This document shows positions 21,677-32,104 of a stretch of DNA of 64,000 nt, in pieces. Within the stretch, counting starts at the first letter, position 1, and each line of letters begins with the position of its first letter. This stretch comes from Carpediemonas membranifera BICM. Lineage: Eukaryota > Protista > Fornicata. The notes below the pieces were generated by a model, which saw only the letters and a list, made by a program, of their open reading frames with translations, was not told where the DNA came from and made no database searches. The stretch covers positions 346,214 to 410,213 of the forward strand of contig JAHDYR010000053.1 of assembly GCA_019828565.1 (NCBI GenBank), given 5' to 3'. Position numbers and translations under genes: made by a program.

Positions 21677-22385
21677 TTGTCACAATCAATCAGCTTCGTT
21701 CCTTGACATCACGATCAATCTCACTCAAATTCCGTCTCCTCATGTTTTATGCGGCGCAGTAACACACCAATCTCATGGCGTCTGCTCACGCAGGTCAAGT
21801 TATAGGTTATAGGTGTTCGCACTCAACCCCGTCGGGCTGGGTAGAGTTCAAGTTACGGGGATGACACCGGGCAGGGTTAGAGCAGTACGGAGGAAGCTGG
21901 ATGCGGTGGAGTGCAGTTGGTGAGTAGTCCTCGAACATCACTTTGGTGAGCTGCGAATCATACCAACCTCGGATTCAGAATGACTGGGCAGCGAGGCTTG
22001 CATCAGCCCTGCTGGTGTGCTCGTATCAAGCGCTCTGGATGTGAGGGGAAACATGGAACAAAGGCCTCGGATCGTCGCCAAATTCTCATTTATGCTAAAC
22101 TGCACTTTCGTATACTTAAGCTGCACAAATGTCACAGTGGCACGTCACGCTGTCGCTCGCCAGGGAGCAGTTTAGTGTCGCTGTAACGAGAGCGTGAAAC
22201 AGAGAAAAGGAATGCTATAACTGTCATTGCGACACCGTGGAAGCCTGCACAAGCATTGGACTCTTCGTATCCGACAACTTGGACGACTTTACGTATTTAA
22301 ACCATTTACTGGCCTTCTCCTGGCAGAATTCTCAAAACTGGTCGCATGCATTGTGAGATCACGCATGGCTATTGAGTGGATATGA

Positions 22386-25300
22386 TCAGGCTACAGCCAA
22401 TGCATGAAGACGTATGAGATGCCGAGGGGCGGCTTCCAGTGCAAGCTCGTAGTTCTGGTGCCAATTCGGGGGTAGGGGAGCTTCAGGCGCCGGGCTTGGC
22501 TCATTCACCTCAGCAGGCACCGCTGGCCCTGGTCCATGGTCTGGGTCGGGGGACCACTCAGTGGGGGTGGGCACGTCTGCTGTGGGGTAGACGTTGAAGT
22601 AGTGGCCGTGGCGGAACCCGACGCCGTCGGTGAAGGCGATAAAGCGCGAGGCGACATACTGCGTTGGATACGAGCAGTGGAGCACGAGCTTGTCGCTCGT
22701 ATCGTCGTGCTGGGACAGCTCGAGGTAGAAGCGCTCGATGGACCGGTGCACGCTGCCGCCGGCAGAGACACAAGCATACTGGATCAGCTTGAACTGGCTG
22801 ACGGTCTCTGCTCTGACCCGCCCCGACAGGTACAGCTGGATCGCCCAGAGTGCGGGCAGGTTGACGAAGTTCTTACCCTCGAACATCCCGCGGAGCTCCT
22901 CGTGGGTGTACCCCGTCTCGGTCAGGTCGATAGGGGCACTGTCGCACCCCAGCAGTGCCCGGGCGGCGGCGCGGGTCCATTCGGGCTCGTTGCTGAAGAG
23001 GGTCGGGTCCAGGTTGTGTAGGGCGAAGAAGGCGCAGTCGCCTCCACCAGCGTTGTTGCGGTAACGGGCATTACCGAGCGCGAAGCCATCGTGCAGCTCC
23101 GAGCTTTGTGCGTCCAGTACCTGGAACAGGCTGATGTCGAGCGGCGGGTGGGGCAAGGCGGGGAGTGCCGGGCGATGCTGCAGCTGTGGGAATGCCCTGT
23201 GGATGTGATTGAGGACGCCTTCCCCTAAATCAATAAAAGGAGTGGCGTGTGCCGCATGAAGCGCGTTGACGCGCCCCAGTGGAAGGAGCGGGTCGGCGCC
23301 GTGATCGAGCAGCCAGTGGGCGAAGCCTTCCCGACCCCCCTGAATGGCGGCGACGAGCGCGGTTGTGCCTCGATTGACAAGGTTGATGTCGACCTTCGCC
23401 TTCAGAATCGCGTCGCACATCGCAGGCCTCCCCTCAATAGCCAGCAGCGGGTGGCCGTCAGGGAAGGCGTCGTCGACGAGGCCACCAGTCTTGAGCAGCG
23501 CGGCGAACACCTTTGCCTGGCCGCTTATGAACGCGTTGTACAGGGGCGACCGGCCCTCACGGTCGAGGCAATTGAGGACGACGGGGCCGAACTTGTCGCG
23601 CCTGAAGAGGGGTTTAGACCGGATCCTACGGACGTTGCCGCTGATGACGTGGGCATGGAAGGCGTCGCTCCTCTCCAGCGCCTCCCTGACGCGGTCTTTT
23701 TCTTTCAGGGCGGGCATCGGGTCCTTGGCGAGTGAAAGAACCGGGGTGAGCCGGTCGATGTCGGTCTGAATCTCCTGGATTTGCGAGGCGAGCTTCCGCA
23801 ACTGGTCAGGGGATGAGGCCGACTTGAACTCTGCCAGAAGGCGGCTGGCGCGGGGCACGTCGGCGTCAGTGTACAAAGCCATGTACACACTCGCCAAGAC
23901 GACGACTTTGTCCTTGGCAGGCGGGATGCTCGCGTCGATAGGTGCGATGGCGGGCACAAAAGACCCGACGTTGACGGCGATCTTGCTGTAATCCTCGGGA
24001 TGGTCGAGCAGGTTAACGCACATCTTGTGGTTGTTGGCCTTGGCGATATCCCTGGGAAGCACGGTCCCAACAGAGAGATACGGGTTTGCCCCAGCCGCAA
24101 TGAGCAGCCTGAGGACATCGAAGTGTCCCTCAATCGCTGCATGAAACGTGGCAGTGAAACCCAACTTATCGTGCGCGTCGACTTCACACCCAGCCTGCAG
24201 CAGAAGGTGGACACACGTGACACGGTTCGCTTTTGCTGCCCAGTGGAGAGCGGTCCACTCTTCCGCGCTGGTCGCGTTGACGTCAGCACCATGCTGCAGG
24301 AGGGCGTGAACGATGGCGTCATGGCCTTCGAATGCGGCAGCACCCAGGCATGTGACGCACTTGCTGCTTTTGTATGTGCTAGCTCCAGCAGCCAGCAATA
24401 TCATTACGCTATCAATTCGACCATGATTACAGGCCAAGTGAAGCGGTGTGCGCTCATCTTCGGTGACAAGGTCGAGCGTCGCCCCGGCCTTGATAAGTAG
24501 TGCCACGATCCTGTCTTGGTTGTAATATGCAGCTGTATGCAGAGGTGACCACCCGTCGTCATCAGCCACGTCGACCATATCTGGATCGGCGTTCAACAGC
24601 ATCTCTGCGATGTCAACAAACCCCCTATCGGCAGCAATATGGAGGGCGCTGCAGCCACTGGGAAGAGCCACTGTGCAGTCGGCACCAGCATCGAGAAGGA
24701 GCCCGATGATGGTGGTGAACCCCTCGAAAACCGCGGCAATGAGCGGCGTTCTGCCAGTATTCGTGCGCACATTCGGGTCAGCGCCTTCATTAAGCAGGAA
24801 TCGAACGGATTTGGTCTCGCCGCTGACACACGCTATGTAGAGAGGGGTGGCGCCATCGTCGGTCGGTTGATTAATCAAATTTTGCTTTCCGGCAAATGCA
24901 ACAAGTCCGGCAAATGTAACGTCCCCGTCCCGAACGGCTTCGTGGAACGCAGTGTCGCCCTTGGAAGACCAGGCCTGGTAGCCTAATAACGGTCGCAAAG
25001 TGAATGCGAGACTCAATCTGTATATAGTACTAATGCTCTTTGCAAGAAAAGAAAACTCCCAATACCAAGTCTTCACGCTGGCAAAGAGACCTGATCTCAA
25101 GGGATGGACGCCTTGGAACGCAACCTGCTCCACATAATAATGGTATCCAGAAGAGGTGGTCCAGATCATGTCCAGCGAGGGCGGGGGTCGGACGGGGCGG
25201 GTGGCGAGCGAGCCCACCTCGAAGTCTAGCGGGCCGCATAGCTCTGGGTGGTCGAGCAGGTCGACGCAGTCCGTGTGGCCCTCTGTCTGGGCGATATCCC

Positions 25301-26861
25301 TGGGGAGCCGGGGCCGGCGTATTCGAGACGTCCTACCAGAGATGGCCAGGTCGGCCCCTGCCGCCACGAGAAGCTTGACGACGTCTGTGTATCCTTCTCT
25401 TGCAGCTATGAAGACTGCTGTGCGACTAAGCGGACCTCTTGCATCAACATCGCACCCAGCCTGCAGTAGTAGTCGGGCACACGTAACACGGTTCCTCTTG
25501 GCGGCCCAATGGAGTGGGGTTAACCCACCCAGTTCGGCCGCGTTGACATCGGCGCCGGATTGAAGGAGGAGCATAATGATGTCGTCAAGCCCATTATAGG
25601 TGGCGATCGTCAGACAAGTCCCGAATGAGCAGTGGTAGGCCGCGTTGGCCCCCGCATTCAGTAGCTCTTGGGCACTCTCGACGTGACCACCACGGCATGT
25701 CAACAGCAGGGCCGTACAACCTTTCTTATTCCGCAGGTCGAGGGTCGCCCCGGCATCAATGAGCAACTTGATGGCCTCGGTGTGACCATTATCTGCTGCT
25801 TCCATGAGTGGCGTGCCTAAACTGCGATCGCGACGATCGACGTCAGCGCCATTCTCGAGCAGGAGTCGGGCACAGTGAGCATGCCCGTTCATGGAAGCTG
25901 CGTGTAACGGCGAGAAGCCAGTCTTCTTGGCCACGTCGACCATGTCGGGAGTAGTGTCCAGAAGCAGCTTAACAACGTCGGCATGACCAAAGTAGGACGC
26001 GAGATACAGGGCGCTTGCTCCATCCGGACGTATCTTGGTGCAGTCGACTCCTGCTTCGATAAGCACGCTCGCGCACTCTGTGTGGCCATTGCTGAACGCT
26101 GCCATGAGTATGGTCTTGCCGTCATTGGCGCACAGCTCGGGATCCGCACCGTGCTCGAGGAGGAGGCGGGCGACTCCGGTGTGGCCATTAACTGCGGCCG
26201 CAAAGAGAGGGGTCCATCCGTCGCTGTCAGGGCCGTCTAGGATGGATTGATCGGCGTCCAGCAGCAGCTTGGCGATCTCTTCGGAGCCGTTCTCAGCAGC
26301 CATATGCAGGGCGTTGTGGCCGCTTGGACGGGCCTTGTTGCAGTCGGCTCCTGCTTTGATAAGTATGCTAACACATTCTGTGTGGCCCTTAATGCACGCT
26401 GCCATGAGGGCGGTATCGCCATCATCGTCCTGCAGGTCGAGAGCCGCCCCGGCATTAATGAGCAACTCTATGATCTCGGTGTTGTTCTTAATTGTTGTAG
26501 CGATGAGGGGAGTCCGATCAGCAGCACCGCGGAGGTCTGGGTCCGCCTCAGCTTGGAGCAGGTCTCGAACAAGGTCGACATTGCCCGCGACCGAGGCCTC
26601 AAACAGTGGAGACCACTGCTGTGGTTCATCATCTGGTGTCTTGCTAGACTCTGTCTCCTCCAGTGACGCTGTCCGCACCGTCTCGGGGCCCAGCGGGCCT
26701 GTTGCTGGGGAGGAGCTTGGCCTCGACGGAGCAGATGAGCTGACGTCCGTTGGGACGAATGGAGAGAGAGTATTTGTCGTACATGCGTCGTTTTCTTCAT
26801 TGAGCGCGCTATCTGAAGGCGCGTTATTGTTCTCAGCTTGCATGTTTTCGGGTTCTGTCAC
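22386..26861 (-). CDS. Large ankyrin-repeat protein with a C-terminal OTU-like cysteine protease domain
   Basis: Over 20 TPLxxA...LLxxGAD repeats; GGGDCAFFAL Cys box and RHGHY His box. Confidence 0.85.
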   Translation of the reverse strand: MTEPENMQAENNNAPSDSALNEENDACTTNTLSPFVPTDVSSSAPSRPSSSPATGPLGPETVRTASLEETESSKTPDDEPQQWSPLFEASVAGNVDLVRDLLQAEADPDLRGAADRTPLIATTIKNNTEIIELLINAGAALDLQDDDGDTALMAACIKGHTECVSILIKAGADCNKARPSGHNALHMAAENGSEEIAKLLLDADQSILDGPDSDGWTPLFAAAVNGHTGVARLLLEHGADPELCANDGKTILMAAFSNGHTECASVLIEAGVDCTKIRPDGASALYLASYFGHADVVKLLLDTTPDMVDVAKKTGFSPLHAASMNGHAHCARLLLENGADVDRRDRSLGTPLMEAADNGHTEAIKLLIDAGATLDLRNKKGCTALLLTCRGGHVESAQELLNAGANAAYHCSFGTCLTIATYNGLDDIIMLLLQSGADVNAAELGGLTPLHWAAKRNRVTCARLLLQAGCDVDARGPLSRTAVFIAAREGYTDVVKLLVAAGADLAISGRTSRIRRPRLPRDIAQTEGHTDCVDLLDHPELCGPLDFEVGSLATRPVRPPPSLDMIWTTSSGYHYYVEQVAFQGVHPLRSGLFASVKTWYWEFSFLAKSISTIYRLSLAFTLRPLLGYQAWSSKGDTAFHEAVRDGDVTFAGLVAFAGKQNLINQPTDDGATPLYIACVSGETKSVRFLLNEGADPNVRTNTGRTPLIAAVFEGFTTIIGLLLDAGADCTVALPSGCSALHIAADRGFVDIAEMLLNADPDMVDVADDDGWSPLHTAAYYNQDRIVALLIKAGATLDLVTEDERTPLHLACNHGRIDSVMILLAAGASTYKSSKCVTCLGAAAFEGHDAIVHALLQHGADVNATSAEEWTALHWAAKANRVTCVHLLLQAGCEVDAHDKLGFTATFHAAIEGHFDVLRLLIAAGANPYLSVGTVLPRDIAKANNHKMCVNLLDHPEDYSKIAVNVGSFVPAIAPIDASIPPAKDKVVVLASVYMALYTDADVPRASRLLAEFKSASSPDQLRKLASQIQEIQTDIDRLTPVLSLAKDPMPALKEKDRVREALERSDAFHAHVISGNVRRIRSKPLFRRDKFGPVVLNCLDREGRSPLYNAFISGQAKVFAALLKTGGLVDDAFPDGHPLLAIEGRPAMCDAILKAKVDINLVNRGTTALVAAIQGGREGFAHWLLDHGADPLLPLGRVNALHAAHATPFIDLGEGVLNHIHRAFPQLQHRPALPALPHPPLDISLFQVLDAQSSELHDGFALGNARYRNNAGGGDCAFFALHNLDPTLFSNEPEWTRAAARALLGCDSAPIDLTETGYTHEELRGMFEGKNFVNLPALWAIQLYLSGRVRAETVSQFKLIQYACVSAGGSVHRSIERFYLELSQHDDTSDKLVLHCSYPTQYVASRFIAFTDGVGFRHGHYFNVYPTADVPTPTEWSPDPDHGPGPAVPAEVNEPSPAPEAPLPPNWHQNYELALEAAPRHLIRLHALAVA

Positions 26862-27561
26862 AGGAGTGGATTCTGCTTGGATGCGTGTGTCTTGATTATA
26901 ATTACTGTCACTAGAAGTGCACGTTCCAACACAAGTACCTGGACGACAAGGCGTAGATCGCGAGATCGGACACCCAAGCTACTTGTGACATAATCTGCGA
27001 ACGGTTGGTAATCTGCGAAACGACCTCGGCCACAGCAAGTCCCGTGTTCCGATGATTCGCAGGTCTCGCATAAGTCTGCTGGGGTGCTTGGGGTCGTCTA
27101 TCACCAGCTTGACCCAGGGAGGAAGAGGATGCTCTGCTTGGTCTTCGATACAGGGGCCCAAAAGGATATAAAGACTGTTTACGACTTTCGCAGGAAAAGG
27201 GCACAGTCTCGAAGTGAACCTGAACTTAGCCGAACCGAGCCGACTCTTGAATTCCGGTACAGGGTAAGAAAACCATTGAACACGCAAACAGGTGTCGATC
27301 CCAGCCCTGAACACAGGCTCGCTGATCCCCCCAGCAAGCTCGCTCTCAGGCCACATTTCGAGATTCCGTCTGAACCCGACTTGGACTGCCGGCTCAATGT
27401 ACTGCAGCGCCCTGATGTGGGCGAGCAGGGTCGACCCGAGGGACTGCTATCATTGAATGAGCGGGACACCATCATCCGGATTCAATGCCTCTTCACACCC
27501 AACATCTCAGTTCCGCCCAGGCCACCCAACCCGCATTCAGCTACTTTACTGCGACTCGGCC

Positions 27562-28803
27562 TCACTTGAGAGACCCGTGGCCATACAGCCTGATAGTACC
27601 GTCTTCGTCACCCGTTATTATTCTCACAGCCTCCAGAGCCGATGGTCCAATCGCCATTGTACACACCACAGGCGTATCGACCTTAAATTTCATGTAAGAT
27701 CTCGACTTATCTCTCCTAAATCTCGTAAACACAGGATTAATGGTCGGCACGTATTCATAGTGCCTCGGCCATAAATACACCCAACTCGTATCCCCGCCCG
27801 AGCAGATCAGATCACCCGACGTCGTCGTCGAGGGACGTGACACAGTTGTCTTTGTCGTATGACCGAGGAACGTTCTCTGGCTGAGGAGCGTGTCGGCGCT
27901 AAACACTCTAATCCTGCAGTCCGCGGATGCTGCGATGATGCTGTTCTCGTCAGGGAAAGCGATGCCAGTGAACCGGCCCACGGTGGGCTTATGCCACCCA
28001 GTGAGAGGTCGGAGGTCGACGGCATCATAAACTTTAAGATGCCCGGTCATCGTGCCTACCACAAGCTTTGTCCCGCCTGGACAGAAGCGCACGACGGTGG
28101 GCATCCCCGGAGTCTGGATTTTCGCGAGAACTTTCCTCGATTCAGCGTCAATGAGTCGCAGCATGCCGTCAGCTGCCGCGGTGACCACGTACTGGTCCAT
28201 TCTAGGGTGTATATCGGCCGACATGACGTGAGCTGGGTGGGTCAGGGTCTCCACCGCAGTCTCCTGGGTTGGGTGCCAGATGCGGGCCGTCCCGTCTGCT
28301 GAGGCAGTCACGAGGAAGCCGGAGACTCCCCAGGAGATGTCTAGGATGTCAGCTGTGTGTCCTGTGTGCGTTGTCGCGGGTGTGAGGCGGTCACCGACGT
28401 TCCACAGACGGACTATAGTGTCTCTGCCGACTGAAGCGAGTTGCTTCTTGTCAGGAGATCTGGCGAATGCCCAGATTGCACCGATGTGGTCTTTGACTGT
28501 CTGGAGCTCCTGGATGGCCGTGAGGACGGGCTCCGAGATTTGATGGTGTGAGACCTTGACGCGGCGGCCGGGAACGGCAGGTGATGGCGCACGAAGCGGT
28601 GGAGGCTTGAGACTAGCGCGTTTTAGCTGCGTGAGAGGCGCTGTCAGTGCCGCGGTGTCGCTGTCCTCGAGAAGGTTGATCACCTGGCCGGAATCGAGGT
28701 CTTTGATGAGGAACTGCTGCTCTACTCCTGTACAAATCGCATCTTCACCATCAGAATGATCAGAGGCGGTTTCAAACTCGTCGTTATCTTCATCTGAGGA
28801 CAT
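27562..28803 (-). CDS. WD40-repeat protein (WDR44-like)
   Basis: FLIKDLDSG motif; HIGAIW...VRLW and GHTADILDISW...ARIW repeats; acidic FFAT-like DEFETASD N-terminus. Confidence 0.8.
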   Translation of the reverse strand: MSSDEDNDEFETASDHSDGEDAICTGVEQQFLIKDLDSGQVINLLEDSDTAALTAPLTQLKRASLKPPPLRAPSPAVPGRRVKVSHHQISEPVLTAIQELQTVKDHIGAIWAFARSPDKKQLASVGRDTIVRLWNVGDRLTPATTHTGHTADILDISWGVSGFLVTASADGTARIWHPTQETAVETLTHPAHVMSADIHPRMDQYVVTAAADGMLRLIDAESRKVLAKIQTPGMPTVVRFCPGGTKLVVGTMTGHLKVYDAVDLRPLTGWHKPTVGRFTGIAFPDENSIIAASADCRIRVFSADTLLSQRTFLGHTTKTTVSRPSTTTSGDLICSGGDTSWVYLWPRHYEYVPTINPVFTRFRRDKSRSYMKFKVDTPVVCTMAIGPSALEAVRIITGDEDGTIRLYGHGSLK

Positions 28804-29069
28804 TTTCACACGTTCCGAAGTCCGTTGTTGCACAAATTTAGCGGAGATCCGCCAAATCTCAGCCCTCCTCGAACCCGCAGTCATAGGCTCGTACGAACAT
28901 TGAAAACACAGGTCGACCCTGCTATCCCTCAGAACGCCGAGCTTGGGCAGAGTCACGAACGACGAGAGAAGGAGTGAAGCAGTGCCGACCTCCGCGATAA
29001 CTTTAGTCATAGACCTGACGAGCCAGGCCACACATGGAAACGCATAGACACAGCACCACCAGCCCAGCC

Positions 29070-30017
29070 TCACCCGGGGCTGAACTCGGATCCACTCCTG
29101 CTGCCGTCCGAGAGGTCACTGTCAACCGTCTCCGCAGTTATACTCTGTTCACTCACTACGCTGCCCTCATCCCCACTATCCACCTCATCTTCCTCTTCCT
29201 CCTCATCCACGGTGTCGTCAACCCCCTCCAGGACCCTCCTGGCCAGTGCAAGCACCGCGGGTACAGGGTTCTTCATCCGTGCCTCCTCCAGCACGTCCAG
29301 GAACTCTGCATTACTGCCACTCATCTCATGGAGACTGGCAAGCACCGCCATGAGTGGGGCCTGGAACAGAGGCCGCCCGTCCTCGTCGAGCGGGTTTGTC
29401 ATGTGGCCCTTGCCCCTATTAGACACGTGTCGGGTCTTCTTCGGCATTTCTGGCGGCTTCACGCCCACTGCTTGTCTCATCACCCTGATCGCTTGGGCGA
29501 TTGCAGTTGTTCGACCCACACCTTCGCCCTGGTTTTTCGCTGAGACGTACAGAGCCATTCCTATGACTGCGTGGCACAGGCGTGGGACGGGGAGCTCTGA
29601 GCGGGTGTAGGGGGAGGAGAGCGCGGAGAGTTCGTTCGCTAACTCGCGGGATTCAAGGAAAAGAGGAACTTCGGGGTCGGGGAAGCGGATTGCACGGTCC
29701 AGGAGCGTGGCAATGGATGCTGCAACGCACTCTAAGATGTGGAACTTCGCAGGGAGGGGCTGGAGGGGACGCATCTGCCGTTTGATGAGGCGACCGAGGA
29801 ATTGGAGCACTGTTCGGCGAGAAGCAATGGTCTCTAACGATGACTGTTGGATGATTATGAGCAGAGAGTTCCAGGTAGTGGAGCTGAAGCTCTTGGGGAC
29901 GTCAGCAAGGCGAAAGATGAACTCTTTGGCCTTATTGTAGTGTCGGTTGGTTATGAGAGCTTGGATTATCGCATCAGACGACCTGTATGGGGTCTGGATG
30001 TTCAAAGATCCCGTCAT
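29070..30017 (-). CDS. Helical protein with acidic tail, unknown function
   Basis: 315-aa ORF. Confidence 0.6.
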   Translation of the reverse strand: MTGSLNIQTPYRSSDAIIQALITNRHYNKAKEFIFRLADVPKSFSSTTWNSLLIIIQQSSLETIASRRTVLQFLGRLIKRQMRPLQPLPAKFHILECVAASIATLLDRAIRFPDPEVPLFLESRELANELSALSSPYTRSELPVPRLCHAVIGMALYVSAKNQGEGVGRTTAIAQAIRVMRQAVGVKPPEMPKKTRHVSNRGKGHMTNPLDEDGRPLFQAPLMAVLASLHEMSGSNAEFLDVLEEARMKNPVPAVLALARRVLEGVDDTVDEEEEEDEVDSGDEGSVVSEQSITAETVDSDLSDGSRSGSEFSPG

Positions 30018-30284
30018 TCAGGCCGTCGTCGACGCTGAGCCCTGTTATCGTTCTGGAGTTACGTGACGGTAAATCATGAATCTGGGACCTGATTCAACAG
30101 CAGCGTGGACAAAATACCGTGCCTGTTGTTGTCTGGCCGCCCAATCCGAGGATAAGACACAACCAGCCTTGCAAGCATGTCCGAAACAGGCAGCCAAGCA
30201 GCTCACCCGCTTCCCTCTACTCACATCATCAACACCACCCTCTCCACCCCACCCCACCAGGTTCTTCTCGGCATTTACAAATCC

Positions 30285-30845
30285 TCACAAGGGCCTGCCC
30301 CGCTCAGCCATGGCCCTGAATCCGTGGCCCTTTCTGTCCATTACAGCCACCGGCGACAAGCTCGGCTCCCTTCTAGCTATGGCGGTGTTATTGATGTTCC
30401 CCCGGCCGTCGTCAGCCGTGGGGTGAGCCGGCGAGCAAAGCCACGTCTCGCGACCGCTCACAACCGCGATGAACTTGTATTGTATCTCGCTCCCTTCGCT
30501 CAGAAGCTGTATATGATGCCAGCTGTCAACACCTCTGATGAGGGGGTAGCGCTCGTTCCAGTCGCACCAGGAACCGGTGACGAAAACAGCCGTCGCTGTG
30601 GGATGAACAAGCTCAAATATGACTGGAATCCTTCTCTTTTCAGGATTGATCGTCTGTAGCTGCTGAACATCAGCGCTAATGGAAGTGGTGGGAACCTCAG
30701 TCCATTTCTTGGCCTTACGAGACTGTTGCTGGAAATACTTCACGTCGTTGGCGATCATCTGGTTGTTTTCGAAGTTGCTTTGCTCGATGATTCCTTCTGC
30801 TAGAAGCATGTCATCGAATGTTCGTGTCAAGTTGTTTGTGGCCAA
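30285..30845 (-). CDS. AMPK-beta-type glycogen-binding (CBM48) domain protein; 5' end probably spliced
   Basis: VFVTGSWCDW, QYKF, W...PTADDGRGNINN. Confidence 0.75.
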   Translation of the reverse strand: MATNNLTRTFDDMLLAEGIIEQSNFENNQMIANDVKYFQQQSRKAKKWTEVPTTSISADVQQLQTINPEKRRIPVIFELVHPTATAVFVTGSWCDWNERYPLIRGVDSWHHIQLLSEGSEIQYKFIAVVSGRETWLCSPAHPTADDGRGNINNTAIARREPSLSPVAVMDRKGHGFRAMAERGRPL

Positions 30846-31208
30846 CTGTAGCGGTTGACCTTGAAATAATCATTGACCAATGAGGACTGCCCGAGGGAAG
30901 CGTGTGGGGCGGGGGTTGGGGGTGGGGGGTGACCCCAGTGTCACAGGGACACTGACTGTAGAGTGCAGTTTATGACCGCAGACACGGGAAAAGTTGTGAC
31001 CCATGGGGCGACAGCAGGGGTAGGCGGACTGAGTGGAGCCCGTGGAGACCAGCCAAGACTTGACATGTCAATCGACGGAGCGATGATATGCCAATACTTG
31101 CATACATTTCACCAACCATAAATTGGTTGCTTGTACATATCACCCAGCCAATCAACGCATGCAGGAGCTCTTTACTGCATCAGAACACGACCGTGCACTC
31201 ACACGTCT

Positions 31209-31763
31209 TCACCCGTGCTCATCGTCCGGCATCACCAACCTCCGCCTCGGTGGCCTCGTCCTGGTCCTCTTACCCGACCCCGACTCCGGAACCATCCTCT
31301 GCCTATCCGGTCCAGGGGTCTTGCCCGGGTTGAGTGTGAGAGGCGTCGCGTCGATGCCGGGAATTGTGCGGTCGGCTTTTCTCGTGCTATGGGGCTTTGG
31401 CGTGCGGAAGGAAAGAACCTCGGCGACTGGGGGTGGGGTGGCGGGTCTTGGGGCTAGCTCAACGGACGGAGGTGAGTTTCGGCGCTTGTCCGTCCGAATG
31501 AAGTTCGAAAGAGCGTTGACTGTGATCGTTCCGTCTCGATGCTTGAGCGTTGGCGCAACCTGGTATGACGCAAATGCCTTATCGCTCCTCAACGAGTATG
31601 AGTTGTCGATCCGTTTCAATCGGGTGGCGCTCTGGGAGAAAATCTTCTTGGCCAAGAGGTTGGCGGCCTTCCTCATCTTCCTGTTTGACCTTTCATCCAG
31701 TGTAGAGCCTGTATTTGTAAACGTTGATTCCTCATCTCCTCCGACAGACGATTCAGGCGGCAT
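31209..31763 (-). CDS. Pro/Arg-rich hypothetical protein (probable start MPPESS)
   Basis: Open frame; no recognised domain. Confidence 0.45.
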   Translation of the reverse strand: MPPESSVGGDEESTFTNTGSTLDERSNRKMRKAANLLAKKIFSQSATRLKRIDNSYSLRSDKAFASYQVAPTLKHRDGTITVNALSNFIRTDKRRNSPPSVELAPRPATPPPVAEVLSFRTPKPHSTRKADRTIPGIDATPLTLNPGKTPGPDRQRMVPESGSGKRTRTRPPRRRLVMPDDEHG

Positions 31764-31819
31764 CACCTCGGTTGTTTCGTCTATTCTGCGAAAACAACGC
31801 AGGTTAAAGCCCACACAAT

Positions 31820-31862
31820 TGTGCTATTGAAGGGTCGAACAATGTGTTTATACTGCGCAACA
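31820..31862 (-). mobile_element. 43-bp solo LTR of element C family
   Basis: TG...CA termini; flanked by 5-bp TSD ACAAT (31815-31819 and 31863-31867); 41/43 identical to 35203-35245. Confidence 0.9.
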
Positions 31863-32104
31863 ACAATCGGACCCGTGTGTGTGTTTTATGTCCATTCGCC
31901 CGACTGACTGTGTTGCAAGACCTAGCCCTCCCACATGCTGCTGGGTTGACCGCCGCTTTGTTCCTCTGCTTAGTCAGGATGCCAGTTGTTGGACCATTAA
32001 GCACCCGCCTCGGTGCCTGGAGTAACGAGGTCACACAGTGTGTGCAGCAACCCCAGGCCACAAACAAGCACCGCGAGTGCAACCCGATTACCATTTACAT
32101 CCCC

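Noticed and set aside
22215-22236. Possible far end and TSD (GACAC) of the 21581 relic
   Set aside because: No recognisable second LTR; a 5-mer match is expected by chance.
26900-27569. Short overlapping ORFs between the ankyrin and WD40 genes
   Set aside because: No recognisable domain or consistent splice model.
30906-30954. G-quadruplex-like G-runs plus a 7-bp hairpin
   Set aside because: Could simply be the antisense of Pro-rich 5' exons of the CBM48 gene; no independent support for a structural role.
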